A DNA stretch of 30,401 nt from positions 1-30,401 of the forward strand of contig CAZMPL010000002.1 of the NCBI GenBank assembly GCA_964567805.1. The letters are read 5' to 3'. The DNA comes from an uncultured Pirellulales bacterium. GTDB lineage: Bacteria; Planctomycetota; Phycisphaerae; Sedimentisphaerales; Anaerobacaceae. A model generated the notes under the pieces. The model was not told where the DNA came from. It worked only from the letters and a program-made list of their open reading frames with translations, and did not search any database. Below, piece by piece: positions 9,605 through 17,976 of this stretch (positions are counted from its first letter, which is position 1; every line of letters starts with the position of its first letter). A program made the position numbers and the translations under genes.

Positions 9605-10081
9605 CTATTTATTCTGAATGTCATCAGCCGTTCCGAATTTCTTATCAGGTCCCGCGGAAATTAATTTCGGATAAGCATTTCCAGTGATATACCTGTAATT
9701 CAGCAAAGTACCCCAGGGATCGTAAATCTGCGGCTGAGGTTTTTCATTAACAGGTACATCCGAATTATTTTTTATTAATTTCACATTAATATTTTCCAGG
9801 TATTCATTTACACCCGGAGTCAGGCGAAGCTGTCCATATAGAGCCGCTGAAGATGTAAGATAAGGTGTCAGATTCGGATCAGGAAATCCTTTCCAATATT
9901 CATAATATTCATCTAACGCTCCATCAAGCAACGCAAAAGTGCTGTCAATTGCTCTTTTATTATTTTGACTATCCATGTGAGATACGATACCAATAGTAAT
10001 TGACGCTAAAACAGCGATAATCGCTACTGTCACCACTATCTCAATAAGCGAAAGGCCATGATTGTTTTTATAAATCTCCAT
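9605..10081 (-). CDS. GspG-like pseudopilin
   Basis: G|LSLIEIVV signal; C-terminal DPWG...LISAGPDKKFGTADDI, typical of the GspG (T2SSG) C-terminus. Confidence 0.8.
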   Translation of the reverse strand: MEIYKNNHGLSLIEIVVTVAIIAVLASITIGIVSHMDSQNNKRAIDSTFALLDGALDEYYEYWKGFPDPNLTPYLTSSAALYGQLRLTPGVNEYLENINVKLIKNNSDVPVNEKPQPQIYDPWGTLLNYRYITGNAYPKLISAGPDKKFGTADDIQNK

Positions 10082-10116
10082 AGTTTCAGCCTGCCTTAAT
10101 GGATATGCATGTGTAT

Positions 10117-10980
10117 TTAGTTTCCAAAATTCCGAATATCATCGGGTGTGCCGTAAATGCCGTCCAGTCCCGCTGAAATCAGTATATATGAATCAGGCCT
10201 GTAAGGCTGAGGTACCGTATTAAGAGTTTTCGGATCAGTTATATAATTATAAAAACGTTCATAACTGTTTTTAGGATCAGCCAGAGAAGGGCCGGTATTG
10301 CCGCTTGCTTGATCTTCAAGTAGAACAATGCTTTCGTTATCAATTTCCTCATAAATCTCATATACGTTATTCTTCGATGTGTCTGCTTTATAATAAAGAA
10401 TTGGAGAACCGGCATTTACTTTTGTACCGTCAGGTAATATAATTTTTCTCTTATTGTATATATCACTGAGCACATATGTATCAGGAGCTAATATATTTGT
10501 TAAATCGTTTCTTCTGAATAATCCTGTATCTGCAACTGTTGAAGTATCTCCTAATCTGAAAGCGTTGGCTGTTTCACGATCAAGATAAAGGTCTTTCCTC
10601 TGATCGAAAAACACCTCATTGGTTGTATCATAAATAAAAACACCGGCTTTAGTATGGCCGTCAGACATGAATTCTGATTGTGGATGAAAACCAAGTAAAT
10701 CCCAACCAAGAAGCGCTTCGGCAAGTCTCTGCGCACCGCTATAATCTCTACCTGGACCTGTTAAGGGACATGTCGATGAAGGATAATCACCATAATCATT
10801 CTTAAAAGCCACCAAACCCAGATTGATAGAACTGAACTGGGCTTTCTGCTTGGCTTCCTTTGCGGTATTTTTTACTACCGTCATTGCGGGAAGAAGCAAT
10901 CCGGCTAATAAAGCTATTATCCCTAAGACTACCAATATTTCTACAAGTGTCAGTCCAGTTGTTTTATGTTTTACAGCCAT
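10117..10980 (-). CDS. Large GspG-like pilin (paralog of 11038-11895)
   Basis: G|LTLVEILVV signal; FKNDYGDYP; C-terminal ILISAGLDGIYGTPDDI. Confidence 0.8.
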   Translation of the reverse strand: MAVKHKTTGLTLVEILVVLGIIALLAGLLLPAMTVVKNTAKEAKQKAQFSSINLGLVAFKNDYGDYPSSTCPLTGPGRDYSGAQRLAEALLGWDLLGFHPQSEFMSDGHTKAGVFIYDTTNEVFFDQRKDLYLDRETANAFRLGDTSTVADTGLFRRNDLTNILAPDTYVLSDIYNKRKIILPDGTKVNAGSPILYYKADTSKNNVYEIYEEIDNESIVLLEDQASGNTGPSLADPKNSYERFYNYITDPKTLNTVPQPYRPDSYILISAGLDGIYGTPDDIRNFGN

Positions 10981-11037
10981 TGTTTCGTACTTCCTTTACA
11001 TTATTATGCGATATTTCTTTAATAAAGGCTGAGCATC

Positions 11038-11895
11038 CTATTTATACTTATATTCAAAATTACAAATATCATCGGAGGTACCATATTCACCGTCGAAACC
11101 TGCTGAGATTAATATATAACTATCCCTATTATACGGTACTGTGACATTTGTTACCTTTGGATTCGTTGTATTTAAATAAAATCTTTCACCATTATTTTCC
11201 GCAAGTTCGTGAGGGTCATTATTTTCAAACGGCTTTCCAAGAAGAAGCAAATCCTGATTATCCAAATAATTATAAATTGAGTTCGCTGCATCAGCCGCAC
11301 TATATTCAATTTTTGAAGGATGCGCTTTATAATACAAAATAGGCATGCCAATTTTTTCACCAGTACCTTTACTGATTACCTGCCCGAACACATCGCATAA
11401 AACTTTACTATCAGCATCAAATTTCACATTGGAACTATTATTATTATAATTGGTATAAACATCAGACACTTTATATGCATTAGCATTTTCTATTGGTAGA
11501 TAAGGACCTTTTCTTGCATTCCTGGTTGCTGGAACATATAAATTATTTCCAGAATGATCTTCGCCTAAACTATTAAAAATAGTATCAGGATGAACACCCA
11601 TTAAGTCTTTACCTACCATAGCTTCCGCTAATTTCATTGCACCACAATAAAGATTATCTTTATTATCTTTTTCACTTGAATCAGGATAAGAATCAAACTC
11701 TCCATTAAAAAATTCCAATGCAACTCCAATAGAGTGAAATTGTGCCTGTTGCTTGACTTCTTTAGCATACTTTCTAACCATGTTCAAAGCCGGTACGAGC
11801 AAACCGATAAGTATAACGATAATACTCATAACAGTCAGAAGTTCGACTATAGTAAAAGCCGCTTTTTTACCTGATTTTTTAGTTACTGATTTCAT
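11038..11895 (-). CDS. Large GspG-like pilin, candidate major pilin
   Basis: A|FTIVELLTV signal; AGGAG RBS; C-terminal ILISAGFDGEYGTSDDI; first gene after pilC. Confidence 0.8.
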   Translation of the reverse strand: MKSVTKKSGKKAAFTIVELLTVMSIIVILIGLLVPALNMVRKYAKEVKQQAQFHSIGVALEFFNGEFDSYPDSSEKDNKDNLYCGAMKLAEAMVGKDLMGVHPDTIFNSLGEDHSGNNLYVPATRNARKGPYLPIENANAYKVSDVYTNYNNNSSNVKFDADSKVLCDVFGQVISKGTGEKIGMPILYYKAHPSKIEYSAADAANSIYNYLDNQDLLLLGKPFENNDPHELAENNGERFYLNTTNPKVTNVTVPYNRDSYILISAGFDGEYGTSDDICNFEYKYK

Positions 11896-11953
11896 CTTTG
11901 TTAACTCCTAAATTCAACTGTTTCGAAAAACCCTTTTAAATTTTTATATTTTT

Positions 11954-13258
11954 TTAACCACCTGAACTGCTTAAGCTTGTAATAATCGAAATCATAGGCG
12001 TGAAGACAGCAAGAACGATAACCATAACTATACTTCCCAAACCGATAACCATGATAGGTTCGAGCATGGACATAAGCGAACCGACAAGCACATCGACCTG
12101 TTCATCGAAATTGTCTGCGATCTTCAAAAGCATTTTATCAAGATCACCGGTTTCTTCACCTACCGCAATCATGTTACTGACAATTGAGTCAACTGTGCTC
12201 GATTGTTTAAGCGGACCGGCAAAAGTATCGCCCTGTCGAATCGAATTATGAACCGCGGCAAGCAAGTTGGAGAAAACTTCGTTTCCTGCGGTTTCACGGG
12301 TTACGTTGATAGCATCCAGAATAGGTACACCAGCACCGATAAGTGTTCCAAGTGTTCTTGTCCATCTTGTTACAGATGACTTATTTGTGAGCTGACCTAA
12401 TACAGGAATCCTAAGTTTTACAGTATCCAGAGCCAATCTACCCTTACGAAATCTCCTGACAAACCTCATAATAATTGTTAAAATAATTGGTGTACCGATA
12501 ATAGGGACCCAACCTCCAATCGGAAAACCGGCTATTTTAGGAGCAAAACCAGGCAAAATAGGACTTGTTCCTGCGATCCAGTTACTTATAGCCATAACCG
12601 TAAGAGTAATAGTCGGTAATTTACCTCCATCTGTCATCTCTGAAAGTGTTGTAGCAAATTGGGGTATAACGAAAAGCATCAAACCCATGATAATTAAAAC
12701 CGCGGCTATCAAAACGACGATAGGATAAATCATCGCGCCTTTGACACGAGCTTTCAGCTTCTGGTCCTTTTCCATAAAATCAGCGACACGGGAAAGAATA
12801 AGGTCCAGAACGCCACCAGTTTCACCGGCTGCTACCATATTTACGAAAAGTCTGTCGAACGCTCTGTTATATTTAGCCATCGCTTCTGATAGAGTCGAGC
12901 CGCCTTCGATATCATCACCGATATAGCCGATAATTCTCTTAAAATTTCCTGCTTTCTGCTGATCTTCGAGAATTCTAAGTGAACGTAAAATAGGAAGACC
13001 TGCATCCTGAAGTGTAGAAAGCTGTCGTGCAAATTGTGTAATATTCTTTATTTTGACTTTGCCGTTCGCGCCGCGTCTTTTCTTTGCGGCGGCGGCGGGC
13101 TTGGCTGCTTTTTTGCTGGCTCCGCGCGGGGCAACTTTCGTGGGAAAATAACCCATATTACGGATTTTACTTATAGCTTCTTTCTGACTGAGTGCTTCGA
13201 TTTCATTTTTTATCTCAACACCCTGAGCATCCAATGCGGTATATTGAAAAACAGCCAT
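11954..13258 (-). CDS. pilC: Type IV pilus / T2SS inner-membrane platform protein PilC/GspF
   Basis: MAVFQYTALD N-terminus; RQLSTLQDAGLP, AGETGGVLD, KVKGAMIYP, VGEETGDLD and LEPIM motifs. Confidence 0.92.
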   Translation of the reverse strand: MAVFQYTALDAQGVEIKNEIEALSQKEAISKIRNMGYFPTKVAPRGASKKAAKPAAAAKKRRGANGKVKIKNITQFARQLSTLQDAGLPILRSLRILEDQQKAGNFKRIIGYIGDDIEGGSTLSEAMAKYNRAFDRLFVNMVAAGETGGVLDLILSRVADFMEKDQKLKARVKGAMIYPIVVLIAAVLIIMGLMLFVIPQFATTLSEMTDGGKLPTITLTVMAISNWIAGTSPILPGFAPKIAGFPIGGWVPIIGTPIILTIIMRFVRRFRKGRLALDTVKLRIPVLGQLTNKSSVTRWTRTLGTLIGAGVPILDAINVTRETAGNEVFSNLLAAVHNSIRQGDTFAGPLKQSSTVDSIVSNMIAVGEETGDLDKMLLKIADNFDEQVDVLVGSLMSMLEPIMVIGLGSIVMVIVLAVFTPMISIITSLSSSGG

Positions 13259-13322
13259 TTTTAATCACTCCTATACCTTCTAAATTTTTTGCTTATGATA
13301 AACAGACTGTACTTTTCCAAAA

Positions 13323-15095
13323 TTATTCGACCATTGTTCCTTTTACAATTTCATCGATAGTCGTAAGTCCATCGAAAATAGCGGCTAAACCATTTTCGCG
13401 AAGCAGTCTCATGCCATTTTTTTGTCCGGCGACACGTAATACATTAGTTGACGCCTGACTCATTATCAGGTCGCGTATCTCATCGTTAAACACCATTATT
13501 TCAAAAAGACCCGTTCGGCCGCGATAGCCTGTCATATTGCACTGCCTACATCCACGACCATAGAAAAACTTCTTGCCCTTTACATCATCTGGAGTCAATT
13601 GCAAATCAGCTAATTGAGCTTCTGTAGGGTCAAACTGAGTTTTACAAGCTGTACATATTCTTCGGACAAGTCTCTGAGCGACTATACCTTCAACTGTAGC
13701 TGTTATAAGAAATGGCTCAATACCCATATCCAGAAGACGGGCTACCGAGCTTGGTGCATCGTTTGTGTGAAGCGTCGTAAACACGATGTGACCCGTAAGT
13801 GATGCCTGTGCTGAGATTTGTGCCGTTTCAAGGTCACGAATTTCACCAACAAGAATAACATCGGGGTCCTGACGCAAAATAGCACGAAGACACCTTGCGA
13901 ATGTCAACCCGATAGCGGGCTTCATTTGACATTGAACAAGGCCGTCAACATCGTATTCTACAGGGTCTTCGGTAGTAATTATTTTCGTTTCAATATCATT
14001 TAATTCATTTAACGCGGAATATAAAGTTGTTGTCTTTCCACAACCTGTTGGTCCGGTAACAATGATAATTCCATTAGGTTTTCTAATAAGTTTGTGGACA
14101 ATCTCTTCTTCTTCGGCTCGCAATCCAAGATCAGACAATTTGTAACTTGCGTTTTTCCTGTCCAGAATACGAAGCACTACACTTTCACCGAACATTGTGG
14201 GAAGAATAGCGACACGAAGGTCAACGGGATTGCCCTGAACAGTAAGAGAAATACGACCGTCCTGAGGCAGACGTCTTTCTGCGATATCCAAATCCGCCAT
14301 AACCTTTATACGGGAACTTAAAGCCGCAGCGATATACTTCGGAGGAGGAACCATCTCATAAAGCACACCGTCGATACGATAACGCATTTTATATTCATTT
14401 TCAAAAGGTTCGAAATGGATATCGGACGCTTTGTCACGAATTGCCTGCAAGAGAACAAGATTCAGGAGTTTTTTAACTGGATTGGACTCTGAAAGCTCTT
14501 TCAGTTCATCAAGGTCAATACTCTGATTTCGGCCATCGAATTCCGCAAGAAAACTATCTCCCTGTATTTCATCGATCAATTCATTGATATTTTCTTCCTG
14601 GGGCTTGCTTTTTTCTTCATAATATTTGGATAAAGCATGATCAAGGGCATCTGTATCGGTGATTTTAGCAGTAACTTTAAATCCCATTAACGTACTTAAA
14701 TCATCAGTAGCCCTGAAATTCTCAGGATTATCAAGAACCACTACCAGTTCGTTTTTTTCCTTAATATACTCTACTGGTACGATATGATATGTTTTAGCCA
14801 TTTGCTCGGGTACTTTTTCAATAACATCTGCTGGAATTTCAATTCCTTCCAGACTCATATACCCCATGCCCCTCTGGGCAGCCAAAGCTATTTGCAGCTG
14901 CTTTTGATCGATAAGACCAAGCTCAAGAAAGATTTGCCCCATCTTAATCTTTCCGTTTCGCTGCTGTTGTATCTTCAGGCATTCATGAACTTTGTCTCTG
15001 CTTAGAACACCCATTTTAATAAGTATTCTGCCAATATTTCTTCCCTTTAATTGCTCTATCGGTGGGAGTTTTTGTTGGCTGTTCACATTAACCAT
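13323..15095 (-). CDS. pilB: Pilus assembly ATPase PilB/GspE with N-terminal MshEN-like domain
   Basis: Walker A GPTGCGKTT, Asp box TTEDPVE, Walker B RQDPDVILVGE, His box GHIVFTTLH, Zn motif CTAC...CRQC. Confidence 0.93.
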   Translation of the reverse strand: MVNVNSQQKLPPIEQLKGRNIGRILIKMGVLSRDKVHECLKIQQQRNGKIKMGQIFLELGLIDQKQLQIALAAQRGMGYMSLEGIEIPADVIEKVPEQMAKTYHIVPVEYIKEKNELVVVLDNPENFRATDDLSTLMGFKVTAKITDTDALDHALSKYYEEKSKPQEENINELIDEIQGDSFLAEFDGRNQSIDLDELKELSESNPVKKLLNLVLLQAIRDKASDIHFEPFENEYKMRYRIDGVLYEMVPPPKYIAAALSSRIKVMADLDIAERRLPQDGRISLTVQGNPVDLRVAILPTMFGESVVLRILDRKNASYKLSDLGLRAEEEEIVHKLIRKPNGIIIVTGPTGCGKTTTLYSALNELNDIETKIITTEDPVEYDVDGLVQCQMKPAIGLTFARCLRAILRQDPDVILVGEIRDLETAQISAQASLTGHIVFTTLHTNDAPSSVARLLDMGIEPFLITATVEGIVAQRLVRRICTACKTQFDPTEAQLADLQLTPDDVKGKKFFYGRGCRQCNMTGYRGRTGLFEIMVFNDEIRDLIMSQASTNVLRVAGQKNGMRLLRENGLAAIFDGLTTIDEIVKGTMVE

Positions 15096-15135
15096 GAATA
15101 TCTTCCTATAAATATCTTAACTTTATTCTTACTGT

Positions 15136-15164
15136 ATTATATATCATTAAAGCCTTTTAAGCAA
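15136..15164 (-). promoter_or_regulatory. Sigma70-like promoter candidate for the pilB operon
   Basis: Minus strand TTGCTT (15159-15164), N17, TATAAT (15136-15141). Confidence 0.55.
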
Positions 15165-15276
15165 ACATATTATCATATGGACACATAGTTATTCATACCC
15201 CTAAAAGAGTTGTTTTTTGTGGAAAAACCCATTAAATGAATATGAAACAATTAGTTGGAAGGGAAAAATAATATTT

Positions 15277-15918
15277 TTATCTCATCACCCAGGATTTAGC
15301 TTTATATTCGAAAGCCGCTCCACCCAATGAAGCAGGATTACCTTTTATTTTATATTGCAAATCAAGAGTCTTCTTCAAATATATTTTCTTTTGCTCCCCA
15401 TTCTGATTTCGAGTTGAAACAACAGGTAATTCGAGTTCGACTGTCTCATTACTTAAACCTGTTATGTATAAATCGATACTTTTCGCATTAGAATCAAAAT
15501 CAGGCCAAATTACCACTATATCTTTTGTGTTATCTTCGCCCTGCAATACTTTGCTGTCAGTACTACCTAAAAGTTCAAGGAAAGGATACCTTTTTTTATG
15601 CCTTTCCTTAATTTTATCAAAAACTATTGAACCAACGCCCTTACCAGCCGGAAGAATTTGAAATGTATCGGTTACTAATTCACATTTTGGATAAAATCCC
15701 ACGTCCTGACCTGAATTATTGGTTATCGTAAGGATGATGTACCAGAAACGAACCGGTTTTTTGTCAACAGTATTTTCGAGTACTATCTGTTCCGGATTAG
15801 TATATGTCGTATTCAAGGTCCATTGACTTGGACTCTGCACAAGTGCTGGTTTTGGTGCTGCTAATGAAACACAGGCAAATGCTGATAATATTATTGTTCC
15901 ATAAAACGAACTTTTCAT
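15277..15918 (-). CDS. Secreted hypothetical protein, beta-rich
   Basis: 213 aa; N-terminal Sec-type signal (…FACVSLA|APKP); GAGG RBS; alternating hydrophobic strands. Confidence 0.8.
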   Translation of the reverse strand: MKSSFYGTIILSAFACVSLAAPKPALVQSPSQWTLNTTYTNPEQIVLENTVDKKPVRFWYIILTITNNSGQDVGFYPKCELVTDTFQILPAGKGVGSIVFDKIKERHKKRYPFLELLGSTDSKVLQGEDNTKDIVVIWPDFDSNAKSIDLYITGLSNETVELELPVVSTRNQNGEQKKIYLKKTLDLQYKIKGNPASLGGAAFEYKAKSWVMR

Positions 15919-16120
15919 CCAATGGCCCTCATCACAGATAAATAATGCTTATTTGTTATGAAAAATCATAATTCTATATTACGTATATTCTACTATAATT
16001 GCACTAAAAAGCCAAGAATATTTTCTTTACGAGGCATGTCTTGGATAAATATGTCTCAAAATAAAGCTTTTTAGTTCTACCGCAAGACAATTATTTACCC
16101 ATATTAGCACAATCAAATAT

Positions 16121-16564
16121 TTATCTGCTATGAGTAAATCTTCCCGGATTACTTTTTGTGGAAATTCCATTGATCCGAATTTTATTGTCAATTTTTTTAT
16201 CAGGCAGATATTCCGGAGGTATTTTGTATCCAAGCAGAACAAGAGAATTTCTGCTTATTTCCCCTGTTAGATTATTCCGCTGTCTCAGCCCTTCCTTAAA
16301 AACATCCAGAGCCTTTTTTTTCATTCTTCCCTGCATTTTTCTTAAGCCGTATGCGGAAGCGTTTTTGGCAGTCTCAGAAAAATCTCCAAGGAATATACTC
16401 TTCAATATTTCCAGACCGTCTTCCTGCTTCCATGACAAATTAAAAGCGGCACGCCTTCTTACAGATGCATTTGTAGAAAATAACTGCACTTTAAGCTTCT
16501 CAAGCAGCTGTTTTGCCAATTCTTCTTTTTGTTCTTCTATTAGTTGTTTTGACTCTGACTCCAT
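16121..16564 (-). CDS. Hypothetical cytoplasmic protein with HEAT-like helical repeats
   Basis: 147 aa; STNASVRRRAAFNL and ETAKNASAYGL resemble HEAT/PBS-lyase repeats. Confidence 0.65.
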   Translation of the reverse strand: MESESKQLIEEQKEELAKQLLEKLKVQLFSTNASVRRRAAFNLSWKQEDGLEILKSIFLGDFSETAKNASAYGLRKMQGRMKKKALDVFKEGLRQRNNLTGEISRNSLVLLGYKIPPEYLPDKKIDNKIRINGISTKSNPGRFTHSR

Positions 16565-16677
16565 AGTTCACCCTTGATATATCGGCAAAAAAGGCTTTTT
16601 TTCTCCAATCTATTTGTTTTTAGACCATTTACCAATCTCTTATTTTCATGAAAATTGAGCCGAAAGACCCTCCAAGG

Positions 16678-16705
16678 TTGACAAATTATCATAAAACCTT
16701 ATAAT
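16678..16705 (+). promoter_or_regulatory. Consensus sigma70 promoter for the pilT operon
   Basis: TTGACA (16678-16683), N16, TATAAT (16700-16705), followed by two further overlapping TATAAT copies. Confidence 0.65.
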
Positions 16706-16831
16706 ATAATATAATTAGAGATCATATTTGCAAATCTGATGGTATGCGAATTGCTCAACCAAGCCCTGATTGTTTTTACTTGTACAAAAGTGACAACAAT
16801 GGGATATTTATCGTTGGAGATGGTGTTAGTT

Positions 16832-17962
16832 ATGAGTAACGAGCCAAATGAAGCTCATGATACAATTATTGCAAATGAGCCAAAAATAAACAAATATTTT
16901 AGAGCAGCTATAAAAAATCGCGCGAGTGATTTGCATCTTAAAGTCGGCCAGGTCCCAAAGCTGCGCATGTTCGGAGAACTTAAAAATACCAAAGGAGAAA
17001 TAATTACTTCCAAAAAAATGGAAGAGTTGGTATTTGAGATACTTACACCTCAGCAAAAAGAAACTTTCCTTGATTTAGGAACTTTGGATTTTGCCCATGA
17101 AGTTGATAGTGAACACCGTTTTAGAACCAACCTTTTCCGCCAGCGGGGAATGATAAGTCTCGTAGCCAGAAGAGTAGAGTCAAATATCCCTTCATTTGAA
17201 AAACTTCATCTTCCTGATGTTTTAAAGACAATTTGTCAAAGCAGGAACGGGCTGATTCTTGTTGTAGGTCCCACAGGTTGCGGCAAAACGACAACTATCG
17301 CATCCATGATTAATTATATAAATTTAACCCGTCATTGCCATATAGTTACTATCGAGGACCCAATCGAGTATTTATTCAAAGACGAAAAAGCTGTCGTCTC
17401 ACAAAGAGAAATCGGATTGGACACGAGTAACTATGAAGAAGCGCTAACATATCTGATGCGTCAGGACCCTGACGTTGTCTTTGTTGGTGAAGCACGAGAC
17501 TTTAATACGATAACCGCGGGAATGCGAGCCGCAGAAACCGGTCACCTTGTTTTCGCGACATTGCACTCCTCAAACGCTTCTCAGGCTGTTCACAGACTTT
17601 TGGATTTGTTTCCACAAAACGAAAGGGATCTTGTAAGGCAAACATTAAGCCTGGCAATTCGCGCAATAGTAAGTCAGGCGCTTATTCCATGTCTTGCTGA
17701 AGGCACAGATAGAGTACCTGCAATGGAAATTCTTTTAGTTAACGCTGCCGCGAGAAAACTAATAACTGAAGGCAGAGAGGCTGATTTGCCAAGCGTAATT
17801 CGTTCCTCTCAACATGAAGGCATGCAGGATCTTACGTATGAATTGGTCAGGTTAGTAAAAGAAGGTCTTATCGACCCAAAAGATGCTTATAAATTCGCAC
17901 CAAATAAAGATGAATTAAAGATGGTAATGAAGGGCATTACAACAACAGATGGTATTTTATAA
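16832..17962 (+). CDS. pilT: PilT/PilU family retraction ATPase
   Basis: ASDLHLKVG, Walker A GPTGCGKTT, TIEDPIE, RQDPDVVFVGE, AAETGHLVFATLH. Start placed at ATG 16832, 12 nt after GGAG, rather than 16739. Confidence 0.9.
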   Translation: MSNEPNEAHDTIIANEPKINKYFRAAIKNRASDLHLKVGQVPKLRMFGELKNTKGEIITSKKMEELVFEILTPQQKETFLDLGTLDFAHEVDSEHRFRTNLFRQRGMISLVARRVESNIPSFEKLHLPDVLKTICQSRNGLILVVGPTGCGKTTTIASMINYINLTRHCHIVTIEDPIEYLFKDEKAVVSQREIGLDTSNYEEALTYLMRQDPDVVFVGEARDFNTITAGMRAAETGHLVFATLHSSNASQAVHRLLDLFPQNERDLVRQTLSLAIRAIVSQALIPCLAEGTDRVPAMEILLVNAAARKLITEGREADLPSVIRSSQHEGMQDLTYELVRLVKEGLIDPKDAYKFAPNKDELKMVMKGITTTDGIL

Positions 17963-17976
17963 TTTTTCGGAGCATT

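Noticed and set aside
448-11895. Diversity-generating retroelement or pilin-cassette recombination acting on the pilins
   Set aside because: There is no reverse transcriptase, recombinase, near-identical template/variable repeat pair or silent cassette. The pilin paralogs look anciently diverged.
16739-16831. N-terminal extension of PilT in the ORF track
   Set aside because: It has no RBS and no family similarity. A GGAG precedes ATG 16832, and the extension starts only ~35 nt after the -10 box.
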